Positions 1 to 7,313 of a stretch of 10,166 bases of DNA are shown here, piece by piece; the stretch's first letter is position 1; each line of letters opens with the position of its first letter. This DNA is from Verrucomicrobiota bacterium (GTDB lineage: Bacteria; Verrucomicrobiota; Verrucomicrobiia; Verrucomicrobiales; DEV007). The stretch covers positions 1 to 10,166 of the forward strand of contig JASFYY010000123.1 of the NCBI GenBank assembly GCA_045046875.1, given 5' to 3'. The notes beneath the pieces are model-generated. The model was given only the letters and a program-made list of their open reading frames with translations, was not told the DNA's origin and searched no databases. A program made the translations under genes and the position numbers.

Positions 1-99
1 TCGGCGGTCAGGACCTCCTTCGCCAAGGCTTCGGCGGTCAGGACCTCCTTCGCCAAGGCTTCGGCGGTCAGGACCTCCTTCGCCAAGGCTTCGGCGGTC
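1..99. repeat. Perfect tandem array of a 30-bp hairpin-forming unit (TCGGCGGTCAGGACCTCCTTCGCCAAGGCT), 3.3 copies visible, truncated by the window edge; REP-like
   Basis: 1-30, 31-60 and 61-90 are identical and 91-99 repeats the first 9 nt; no spacers. Each unit can fold: TCCT(16-19)/AGGA(40-43) and TCGCC(20-24)/GGCGG(33-37). Confidence 0.95.
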
Positions 100-120
100 G
101 CCGAGCTATGGCGAGACAAG
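98..120. repeat. Degenerate terminal copy of the same palindromic unit (TCGCCGAGCTATGGCGAGACAAG)
   Basis: Aligns by eye to TCGCCAAGGCTTCGGCGGTCAGG; stem TCGCC(98-102)/GGCGA(110-114) is retained. Confidence 0.6.
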
Positions 121-205
121 ATGAACGCGAATAAGAATAGGGGTAATAAGGAGGGGGCGGGATTGCGCTGTTGACGGGAGGGGGTGGCGTGGGAGTTTGT
201 TTGAT

Positions 206-1870
206 ATGAGAGTAGGTAACAGAATTTTATTGACGGGGCTTTGCCTGGTGATGAGCTTGCGGGGTGGGAGCGTAGAGTTGGCTGCTGCTGAGGATGTTTT
301 GAGGCGTCCGAATATCGTGTTTGCTTTTGCCGATGATTGGGGGCGTTATGCCAGTGCTTATGCGAAGGTGGATAAGGAGGCTGGGCCGAATGCGATTCTG
401 AAAACACCGAATTTTGATCGGGTGGCCAGGGAAGGGGTGCTTTTCACCAATGCTTTTGTCACATCTCCGTCCTGCACGCCCTGTCGTAGTTCGCTGCTGT
501 CGGGACAGTATTTTTTCCGCACGGGTTTGGGGGCGATTTTGGTCGGAGCGAAATGGGATGCAAAGATTCCATCTTTCCCTTTGTTATTGAAAAAATCAGG
601 TTATCATATTGGTCAGACTTATAAGGTGTGGAGCCCGGGCACGCCGAATGATGCGCCTTACGGTGAGCGCAAATACGAATACGAATCGGCGGGACGCAGG
701 TTCAATCAATTTTCACAAAATGTGACTAAAATGATGGATGAAGGGGGCAAGTCGATGGCCGAGGCGAAACAAGTTCTCTATAATGAGGTCAAAGGCAATT
801 TTGATAAGTTTCTGGCGGATCGCGAAAATAAAGAGCAGCCTTTTTGTTATTGGTTTGGTCCGACCAACGTGCATCGCAAGTGGACCAAGGGCTCGGGCAA
901 ACGTTTGTGGGGATTGAACCCTGATGATTTGAAAGGGGCGATGCCGGAGTTTGTTCCCGATGTGCCGGTGGTGAGGGAGGACTTTGCGGATTATCTAGGT
1001 GAGGCGATGGCCTTTGATGCCGCGTTGGGGTTGTTGTTGGATAAGCTGGAAGCTATCGGCGAACTGGATAATACCATTGTGGTGGTCAGTGGGGATCACG
1101 GCACGCCAGGTTTTACCCATGGCAAGACCAATCTCTATGATTTCGGGACGGGAGTTCCACTGGCGATCCGTTGGCCAGCGCGTGCGCCGGGTGGACGGGT
1201 GGTGAAAGATTTTGTTAATCTGATGGATCTGGCTCCGACTTTCCTGGAGGCTGGTATCACAAAGATACCAGAAGTGATGACCGGCAAGAGTCTGGTCAAT
1301 GTGCTGACTTCGCAAAAAGGCGGATGGGTGGATCCCAGTCGGGATTATGTGGTGACGGGGCGTGAGCGTCATGTCGGCATGGCGCGCACGGGTAATCTGC
1401 CTTACCCGCAACGCGCGATCCGGACGAAGGACTTCCTATATATTCGTAATTTCAAACCAGAGAGATGGCCCGAGGGCAATCCTTACGGTTTGAGTGAAGG
1501 CAAGGAGATTTCCCAAGAGGATTTGGTCGAGGATACCCGCGCCACTTTTCCTGATATGGATTCGAGTCCGACCAAGGCTTGGTTGGTGATGAATCGTAAG
1601 GATGCAGCGGTGCAGGGGCCGAAGTATTTTGATTGGGCCTTCGGCAAACGTCCGGGGGAGGAGTTGTATGATTTGCGCGAGGATCCGGATCAGGTGAAAA
1701 ACCTAGCGGGAGAAGCAGGTTACGCCGAGGTGCGGAAAACCCTGTCAGATCGTTTGATGAAAATTCTTGAGCAAGCAAAAGATCCTCGGGTAACCGGGGA
1801 TGGCAGCACTTTTGATAAAGCTCCGTATACCAACTTGGGCAAACCACGGAAGAAAAAGCGGAAAAAATAA
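206..1870 (+). CDS. Formylglycine-dependent (S1) sulfatase, N-sulfoglucosamine sulfohydrolase/heparan N-sulfatase-like, probably exported
   Basis: [10 protein letters not shown] metal-binding start; Cys-type signature [11 protein letters not shown] (CxPxR at 473-487); [20 protein letters not shown] and ELYDLREDP motifs; hydrophobic N-terminus. ATG at 206 (GGGAG at 191-195 upstream) preferred over TTG at 197. The subfamily call is less certain than the family call. Confidence 0.93.
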   Translation: MRVGNRILLTGLCLVMSLRGGSVELAAAEDVLRRPNIVFAFADDWGRYASAYAKVDKEAGPNAILKTPNFDRVAREGVLFTNAFVTSPSCTPCRSSLLSGQYFFRTGLGAILVGAKWDAKIPSFPLLLKKSGYHIGQTYKVWSPGTPNDAPYGERKYEYESAGRRFNQFSQNVTKMMDEGGKSMAEAKQVLYNEVKGNFDKFLADRENKEQPFCYWFGPTNVHRKWTKGSGKRLWGLNPDDLKGAMPEFVPDVPVVREDFADYLGEAMAFDAALGLLLDKLEAIGELDNTIVVVSGDHGTPGFTHGKTNLYDFGTGVPLAIRWPARAPGGRVVKDFVNLMDLAPTFLEAGITKIPEVMTGKSLVNVLTSQKGGWVDPSRDYVVTGRERHVGMARTGNLPYPQRAIRTKDFLYIRNFKPERWPEGNPYGLSEGKEISQEDLVEDTRATFPDMDSSPTKAWLVMNRKDAAVQGPKYFDWAFGKRPGEELYDLREDPDQVKNLAGEAGYAEVRKTLSDRLMKILEQAKDPRVTGDGSTFDKAPYTNLGKPRKKKRKK

Positions 1871-1972
1871 AGAGCTGAGAAACAACCGTCATGCAGCTGT
1901 TCCTGTGAAAATTTGAGGCAGTCAGAGCATCCTATTCGTAGACAAAGGGCAAGAGATCACGCAGAATGTTGG

Positions 1973-2809
1973 ATGAGTAGTGAAGACGAGCGACGGGCTT
2001 ATTGGACTGAGCAGATGCTGCTTGGTTATGCGTTTGTGGAGAAGCTGATAGATTATCAAGTGGAGGAGTGTGGCGAAGGTTTTGCTTCGATCCCAGATGC
2101 TGCGGAAGCAGCAGGGATTGAGATGATGTTCTCCGATACCAAGATTGTTGATGACCTTGATCGGATATATTTTATCAGGAAAGGCTTGGTTGATGACCTG
2201 ATCGCTATAGGGCGGGATATGAACGAGCGAGGGTGGGTATTAAAAATAGAGGAGGGCTATCGTTCGATGGAAATGCAAACAAAGTTAGTTCGCAAGCCGG
2301 CAGTGTTTGATGCGATTTTAAAAAAATGCATCTGGGAAAACAAAGGGAAGGTCCCATCTGCGGAGGAAGTTTTTCAGCGGGCGATTGTGCTGGTGGCCAA
2401 TATTCCGAAAATCGGCACGCATATGTCCGGGTCGGCGGTGGATATATCAGTGTTCCAGCGTGATGATGGTGAAGAGGTGTGGCGTGGCAATGCTTATCTT
2501 GAGATGAGTGAGCGCACACCAATGCGCTCACCGTTCATTGACGTGCAGGATTTGAATAATCGATTGGAAATCACCAGGATGATGGAAGCACGGGGTTTCA
2601 TGCATTTTCCTCAGGAGTTTTGGCATTTTAACAAGGGGGATGCAGGTGCGCACTTGCTGACGGAAGATCCGGGTGCGGCGAAATATGGGCCGGTGCATTG
2701 GGATCAGAAAACTAATCAAGTGGTGCCATACGACGACCCTTTGAGACCGCTGAATTCGCTTGAGGTGATTAAGCAAGAAGTCGCGGCGGCAGTGGAGAGG
2801 GTAAGTTAA
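1973..2809 (+). CDS. D-alanyl-D-alanine dipeptidase, VanX/DdpX-like zinc peptidase (M15 family)
   Basis: EGYRS (catalytic Arg), THMSGSAVD (His 2420, Asp 2441; HxxGxAxD) and EFWH (2615-2626; ExWH). ATG at 1973 preferred over the TTG at 1913 in the ORF track. No signal peptide apparent. Confidence 0.85.
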   Translation: MSSEDERRAYWTEQMLLGYAFVEKLIDYQVEECGEGFASIPDAAEAAGIEMMFSDTKIVDDLDRIYFIRKGLVDDLIAIGRDMNERGWVLKIEEGYRSMEMQTKLVRKPAVFDAILKKCIWENKGKVPSAEEVFQRAIVLVANIPKIGTHMSGSAVDISVFQRDDGEEVWRGNAYLEMSERTPMRSPFIDVQDLNNRLEITRMMEARGFMHFPQEFWHFNKGDAGAHLLTEDPGAAKYGPVHWDQKTNQVVPYDDPLRPLNSLEVIKQEVAAAVERVS

Positions 2810-2820
2810 TTATTTAGTGG

Positions 2821-2870
2821 TAGGGATGGTTGACTCCGCCTTCGTTGACGCACGAAGCGGTATGTCCCTG
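2821..2870. other. Imperfect intergenic stem-loop downstream of the dipeptidase gene (possible terminator/RNA stabiliser or REP relative)
   Basis: Inner stem CTTCGT(2840-2845)/ACGAAG(2852-2857) extended by CCG/CGG; outer stem AGGGA(2822-2826)/TCCCT(2865-2869). No U-tract follows. Confidence 0.45.
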
Positions 2871-2912
2871 GCGGAAATTGTAGGGGAGAGCTTAAGCTTG
2901 TCGGATAGTATA

Positions 2913-2940
2913 TTGCCATAGAGATAGTTGTGGGTATTCT
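2913..2940 (+). promoter_or_regulatory. Candidate sigma70-type promoter for the gene at 2962
   Basis: TTGCCA (2913-2918), 16-bp spacer, TATTCT (2935-2940), ending 21 bp before the ATG. Confidence 0.4.
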
Positions 2941-2961
2941 TATGGGGTTGGGAAAAAGAGG

Positions 2962-3861
2962 ATGAAATATAATTTAAAAATCGCTCTGCTTATATGGGGT
3001 TTTTCATCGCCTGCCCTTGCTCAAAACCTTCCCGACATCAAAACTGTTCCGCTGGACCTGCAGGTGCCGCCAATGGTCGAGGGGGTTGCTGCTGCTGGGA
3101 AGCGGGTCAGGGTGGTGACTAAAAAATACCAAGGCACAGAGGTTCACCATTCACTGTATCTGCCAGTGGATTGGAAAGTGGGGAAGAGGTACCCGGTGAT
3201 TGTGGAATATGCGGGTAATGGGCCTTTTAAGAACAAGTTTGGCGATATTTGCAGTGGGAAAGTCGAAGATTGTAATCTTGGATATGGAATCAGTGGGGGC
3301 AAGGGGGTGATCTGGGTTTGTCTGCCGTATGTCAGTGTTGACGGTGAAAAAAATCAACGGCAATGGTGGGGTGATGTTGATGCGACGGTAGAATATTGCA
3401 AAGAAGTGGTGGCTCAAATTTGTGAAGAATACGGTGGCGATTCTTCAGCTGTTATTCTTGCGGGATTTTCTCGTGGCTCTATTGCCTGTAATTTCATTGG
3501 TTTGCATGACGATGAAATCGCGGCTTTCTGGAAAGGTTTCATTTGTCACAGTCACTACGACGGGGTGAAAAACTGGAATTATGCGGGCAGTGACCGTGAT
3601 TCTGCAACTGAGCGTTTGCAGCGTCTCAATGGCCGGCCTCAGTTCATCAGTCATGAAGGAAGTGTTGATGAAACAAAAGGCTATTTGGAGCAAGTTTATC
3701 CGAAGGGGAATTTTGTGTTTCAAACAATTTCCTATAGGAATCACACGGACTCGTGGGTATTGCGTGATGTGCCCGAAAGGAAATTGTTAAGGAAGTGGGT
3801 GCGAGAAAATATTCACTCGGGCTTCGATGTTGAGTCCCAAGGGGTAGAAAAATCACGATGA
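2962..3861 (+). CDS. Secreted uncharacterised alpha/beta-hydrolase-fold protein (putative esterase/peptidase)
   Basis: Signal peptide ending ALA|Q; LYLPxDW...YPVIVEY strand pattern; nucleophile elbow GFSRG (3463-3477); C-terminal candidate His in YRNHTDSW (3742). Confidence 0.75.
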   Translation: MKYNLKIALLIWGFSSPALAQNLPDIKTVPLDLQVPPMVEGVAAAGKRVRVVTKKYQGTEVHHSLYLPVDWKVGKRYPVIVEYAGNGPFKNKFGDICSGKVEDCNLGYGISGGKGVIWVCLPYVSVDGEKNQRQWWGDVDATVEYCKEVVAQICEEYGGDSSAVILAGFSRGSIACNFIGLHDDEIAAFWKGFICHSHYDGVKNWNYAGSDRDSATERLQRLNGRPQFISHEGSVDETKGYLEQVYPKGNFVFQTISYRNHTDSWVLRDVPERKLLRKWVRENIHSGFDVESQGVEKSR

Positions 3862-3914
3862 TTTTATCATTTTGTGCTGGTAGAAAATGGTGAGCGGGGA
3901 TAGTGCTGTGTTTT

Positions 3915-4766
3915 ATGAAATGGGATTGCAAATTAAAGGGGACGTGTTTGGTGCTGGGTTTAATGTTATGGGCTTCGGTTGCTGGTGCTCAGCAGCGTGA
4001 GGTTTACAAACAGGTCGGGAAGGGGGTTGATCTGGCGATCAATATATACAAGCCAAAGGACTGGAAGGCTGATGACAGCAGAGCCGCCGTGGTGTTTTTC
4101 TTTGGAGGAGGATGGAGGGGTGGCACGACCAAGCAATTTGACCCGCATTGCAAGCGTCTAGCTGAAAGGGGCATGGTAGCAATGACGGCGGAGTATAGGA
4201 TCAAGAACAAACATGGCTCGCCCCCTTTTGAAAGCACTCAGGATGCAAAATCTGCGATGCGCTGGGTGAGGGCACACGCTTCGGAACTGGGCATCGATCC
4301 AGAGAAAATCGCTGCGGGGGGAGGGTCGGCGGGTGGACATCTGGCGGCTGCGACCGCAACGATTGAAGCATTCAACGATAAGGGCGATGATCTTGAAATT
4401 TCGCCAAAACCGAATGCTTTATTGCTTTATAATCCCGCTCTCGATTTAAACCTGCCTGGGGTTGAAAAAAGCTGGGGCAAGGAAATTGCGGGCAAAATTA
4501 TAGCCATCTCACCGCTTCAGCATGTGCAAGCTTCGTTGCCTCCCTGCATCATTTTTCATGGCATCGCGGATTCAACGGTGCCTTATGCTACGGCGGAGGC
4601 TTTTGTGAAAAAAGCCAAGGCTTTGGGCGCGAAAAATGTGGTGTTGATTGGCTACGCGGATCGCGCTCACGGCTTTTTTAATTTTGGGCGTGGGGGTGGA
4701 AAAGATTTTCAGTCGACGATGAAAAAGACGGAAGATTTTCTGGTGAAACTAGGCTGGATCAACTGA
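3915..4766 (+). CDS. Secreted alpha/beta-hydrolase, acetyl esterase/lipase (HSL/BD-FAE-like)
   Basis: FFGGGW oxyanion loop, GGSAGGHLA nucleophile motif, HGIADSTVP (Asp), AHGFFN (His); signal peptide ending AGA|Q. ATG at 3915 preferred over GTG at 3903. Confidence 0.88.
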   Translation: MKWDCKLKGTCLVLGLMLWASVAGAQQREVYKQVGKGVDLAINIYKPKDWKADDSRAAVVFFFGGGWRGGTTKQFDPHCKRLAERGMVAMTAEYRIKNKHGSPPFESTQDAKSAMRWVRAHASELGIDPEKIAAGGGSAGGHLAAATATIEAFNDKGDDLEISPKPNALLLYNPALDLNLPGVEKSWGKEIAGKIIAISPLQHVQASLPPCIIFHGIADSTVPYATAEAFVKKAKALGAKNVVLIGYADRAHGFFNFGRGGGKDFQSTMKKTEDFLVKLGWIN

Positions 4767-4818
4767 CTGCGAATTAAGCCTTAGGGCCGCGGCAAAAATA
4801 AAATTTCCCAAACTACTT

Positions 4819-4846
4819 CCTCCTTCGCATGGCTTCGGCGGACGAG
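4819..4846. repeat. Dispersed single copy of the REP-like unit seen at 1-99
   Basis: CCTCCTTCGC-AT-GGCTTCGGCGG versus array CCTCCTTCGC-CAA-GGCTTCGGCGG: exact 10-nt and 11-nt matches either side of a variable centre; same orientation; intergenic. Confidence 0.85.
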
Positions 4847-5030
4847 TGTCTTTTTTATCCCCATCTGTGTTCAAATTTTCTCAATTAGCTCGAATCCACC
4901 TTGGGCAATTCCCGATTATCAGTGTTACGGCCAATGTCAGGCAGCAGATAGAGGAAATCAGAGCTGACTTTCATAAATTGTTATTCTATATATATAAGTT
5001 CGTCTTCATGCAGAGGATGGAACAAGGCTA

Positions 5031-5933
5031 ATGAAACCCGTTCACTATTTATTTGCTATCAGCTTATTCATTTTCCCACTGGCTTTGCCAGTGTTGGCGG
5101 AAAAGCAATCCGTATCTACACCGACTGAACGTGTGGCTCTCTGGCCAGGTAAAGCGCCCATCGGTGATGGTAAGTTTGAAGACAGCTCTCTAGAACTTCA
5201 AGTCTTTCTTCCTCCTGCCGACAAGGCCAATGGTGCGGCGATCGTAATTTGTCCGGGTGGTGGGTACATTCGCCACGTTACTGATAGAGAGGGTTATCCT
5301 ATCGCGAAATGGCTCAATGAGCACGGCATCGCTGCCATTATCCTGGAGTATCGGCTGCCCGAGTTGCGCCATCAGGTGCCCTTGTTTGATGCCCAGCGTG
5401 CTATTCGACTTACCCGTGCCAAGGCCGCTGCCTGGAAAGTCGACCCGAAACGAATCGGGGTGCTCGGTTTCTCCGCCGGTGGTCACGTTGCTTCCACTGT
5501 AGCCACCCACTTTGATGCGGGTAAACCTGCTTCGCCTGATCCCATCGAGCGGTTGAGTTGTCGGCCCGATTTCGCTTGTTTGGTCTATCCGGTCATCACC
5601 ATGGGGCCGCTCACCAACACCGGCTCCAGAGACCATCTTCTTGGCCCTCATCCAAAACCCGAGCTTGTGCGGTTTTATTCCAATGAAACACAGGTCAGCT
5701 CCAGTACTCCGCCGACTTTCCTTGCGCATGCCGTCAATGACAAGCCTGTGCCGCCTGAGAATAGCCGTCAGTTTGCCGCAGCCATGAAAGCCAATGGGGT
5801 TCCGGTTGAACTACTCGAATTACCTTCCGGCGGGCATGGCCTCAATGGCTGTAAGGGACCGCTGTGGGAGCAGTGGAAAGCCGCTGCGCTGATCTGGCTG
5901 GCCGTTAAGAAATTTATTCCGGCGAGTTCCTAG
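5031..5933 (+). CDS. Secreted alpha/beta-hydrolase, acetyl esterase/acetylxylan esterase-like (BD-FAE-like)
   Basis: CPGGGY, GFSAGGH, RPDF...YPVI, PPTFLAHAVNDKPVP (Asp) and GGHG (His); signal peptide ending VLA|E; GAGG and GGA upstream. Confidence 0.9.
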   Translation: MKPVHYLFAISLFIFPLALPVLAEKQSVSTPTERVALWPGKAPIGDGKFEDSSLELQVFLPPADKANGAAIVICPGGGYIRHVTDREGYPIAKWLNEHGIAAIILEYRLPELRHQVPLFDAQRAIRLTRAKAAAWKVDPKRIGVLGFSAGGHVASTVATHFDAGKPASPDPIERLSCRPDFACLVYPVITMGPLTNTGSRDHLLGPHPKPELVRFYSNETQVSSSTPPTFLAHAVNDKPVPPENSRQFAAAMKANGVPVELLELPSGGHGLNGCKGPLWEQWKAAALIWLAVKKFIPASS

Positions 5934-5979
5934 GGCGTGCTTGAAGGCGATCCTTATCACCGGATCAAACACTTGCCCT
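5932..5979. terminator. Imperfect inverted repeat between convergent stop codons, possible bidirectional terminator
   Basis: AGGGC(5932-5936)/GCCCT(5975-5979) and GTGCTTGA(5937-5944)/TCAAACAC(5965-5972, one mismatch); alternative GATCC/GGATC stem. No clear U-tract. Confidence 0.3.
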
Positions 5980-5993
5980 TGATAGGAGGAATA

Positions 5994-7247
5994 TCACATG
6001 TGATAAGCTGACTCTCCGTGGGATACTTCATCCAAGCCAAATCGTTCTTCGGATTCAGTGACTCGTAGTCCTCCGCAGGCGAGGGATACCAGTTTTAAAA
6101 TAAGGTAGGTGAACACCCAAGTGTAAATGATGGTGACTCCGGAAGCGAGCAACTGAATTCCTATTTGTTTGGCAAAAGTAAAGTCACCGAAACCACCAAA
6201 TGCCGCGGTACCTACCAAGGCTGCCAGCAAGGTACCTACCAATCCGCCTACTCCGTGAACGCCAACCACATCGAGGGAATCATCGTAACCGAGCCAATTT
6301 TTTAATTTCACCGAAGCCCACCAGCAAACCAAACCAGATACCGCACCAATCAGCACAGCTCCCATTGGACCAGCGACACCGGAGGCAGGAGTGATCGCAG
6401 CCAATCCGGCAATCGCACCAGTTGCGATCCCAAGCACACTTGGCTTTTTGATGGTGAACCATTCAATCACCGCCCACATCGTAGCTGCCGTGGCTGCGGA
6501 GATATGGGTAACAAACAAGGTCATCGCCGCCGCATCGGTTGCACCTCCCTGGCTGCCGGCATTAAAACCAAACCAGCCCACCCATAACATGGCGGTGCCA
6601 GTGACCGTCATGGGTAAATTGTGCGGGGGAGTGGCGCTGCGGCGTTTGCCGACCATGATGCATGCTACCAGGGCAGCCACTCCGGCAGTGATATGTACGA
6701 CGATGCCGCCTGCCAGATCCACTACTTTCATTTCTGCAAACCAGCCACCAAACCAAGTGATGTGGCAGATTGGCGCGTAAACGATTAAAGTCCAAAGAAC
6801 GCTGAACATCAGCATGGCATTGAATTTGATCCGCTCGACAAATGTTCCAATAATGAGTGCTGGGGTGATAATGAAAAACGTCATTTGAAAAGCTGAATTC
6901 AGTATTTTATCCGGCCCGATGCCTTTATGAAAAATATGGTCAAAACCGCCAATCCAACCACCCTTGTTGCCAACGGAAATAGAGTAGCCCAAAACAAGCC
7001 AGACCAGGCTCATCACGCAGACCAGAGCAAAACAATGCATCAGCACACTCAGTACATTACGTTTGTGAACCAGCCCTCCATAGAACAGCGCCAAACCGGG
7101 GATGCACATGAAGAGTACGAGGGCTGTGGAAGTCATCATCCAGGCATTATTGCCTGTTACCGTGGCATCGGCTTGCTGAGCGAGGGCAGGGGAAGCAAGG
7201 GCGAAAAACACTAGGAATGTTGATAGCAAGGTTGTTATGTTTCTCAT
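5994..7247 (-). CDS. amtB: Ammonium transporter, Amt family
   Basis: PGLALFYGGLV, FQMTF, DLAGGIVVHITAG, PHNLP, WFGFNAGS, DDSLDVVGVHGVGG and C-terminal GLRV...GLD..HGESAY; both pore histidines present; many TM segments; signal peptide ending ALA|Q. Confidence 0.97.
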   Translation of the reverse strand: MRNITTLLSTFLVFFALASPALAQQADATVTGNNAWMMTSTALVLFMCIPGLALFYGGLVHKRNVLSVLMHCFALVCVMSLVWLVLGYSISVGNKGGWIGGFDHIFHKGIGPDKILNSAFQMTFFIITPALIIGTFVERIKFNAMLMFSVLWTLIVYAPICHITWFGGWFAEMKVVDLAGGIVVHITAGVAALVACIMVGKRRSATPPHNLPMTVTGTAMLWVGWFGFNAGSQGGATDAAAMTLFVTHISAATAATMWAVIEWFTIKKPSVLGIATGAIAGLAAITPASGVAGPMGAVLIGAVSGLVCWWASVKLKNWLGYDDSLDVVGVHGVGGLVGTLLAALVGTAAFGGFGDFTFAKQIGIQLLASGVTIIYTWVFTYLILKLVSLACGGLRVTESEERFGLDEVSHGESAYHM

Positions 7248-7313
7248 TGAAGTTTTGTTGGTGAATGGAGATTTTACGCAGATGAATGCTTATGAAAAGA
7301 TTTTTTTTGAGTT

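Noticed and set aside
1..99. CRISPR array
   Set aside because: Units are directly adjacent with no unique spacers, and no cas genes are in the window.
171..200. Sigma70 promoter from TTGACG
   Set aside because: No acceptable -10 hexamer at 16-18 bp spacing.
4824..4856. Intrinsic terminator after the gene ending at 4766
   Set aside because: The stem is only about 5 bp and the T6 run (4851-4856) is 8 nt from it; better explained as the repeat copy.
4846..5031. 61-aa intergenic ORF whose stop overlaps the next ATG
   Set aside because: GTG start at the edge of the repeat copy, no convincing RBS, no motif, and it runs through an AT-rich promoter-like tract; cannot be fully excluded.
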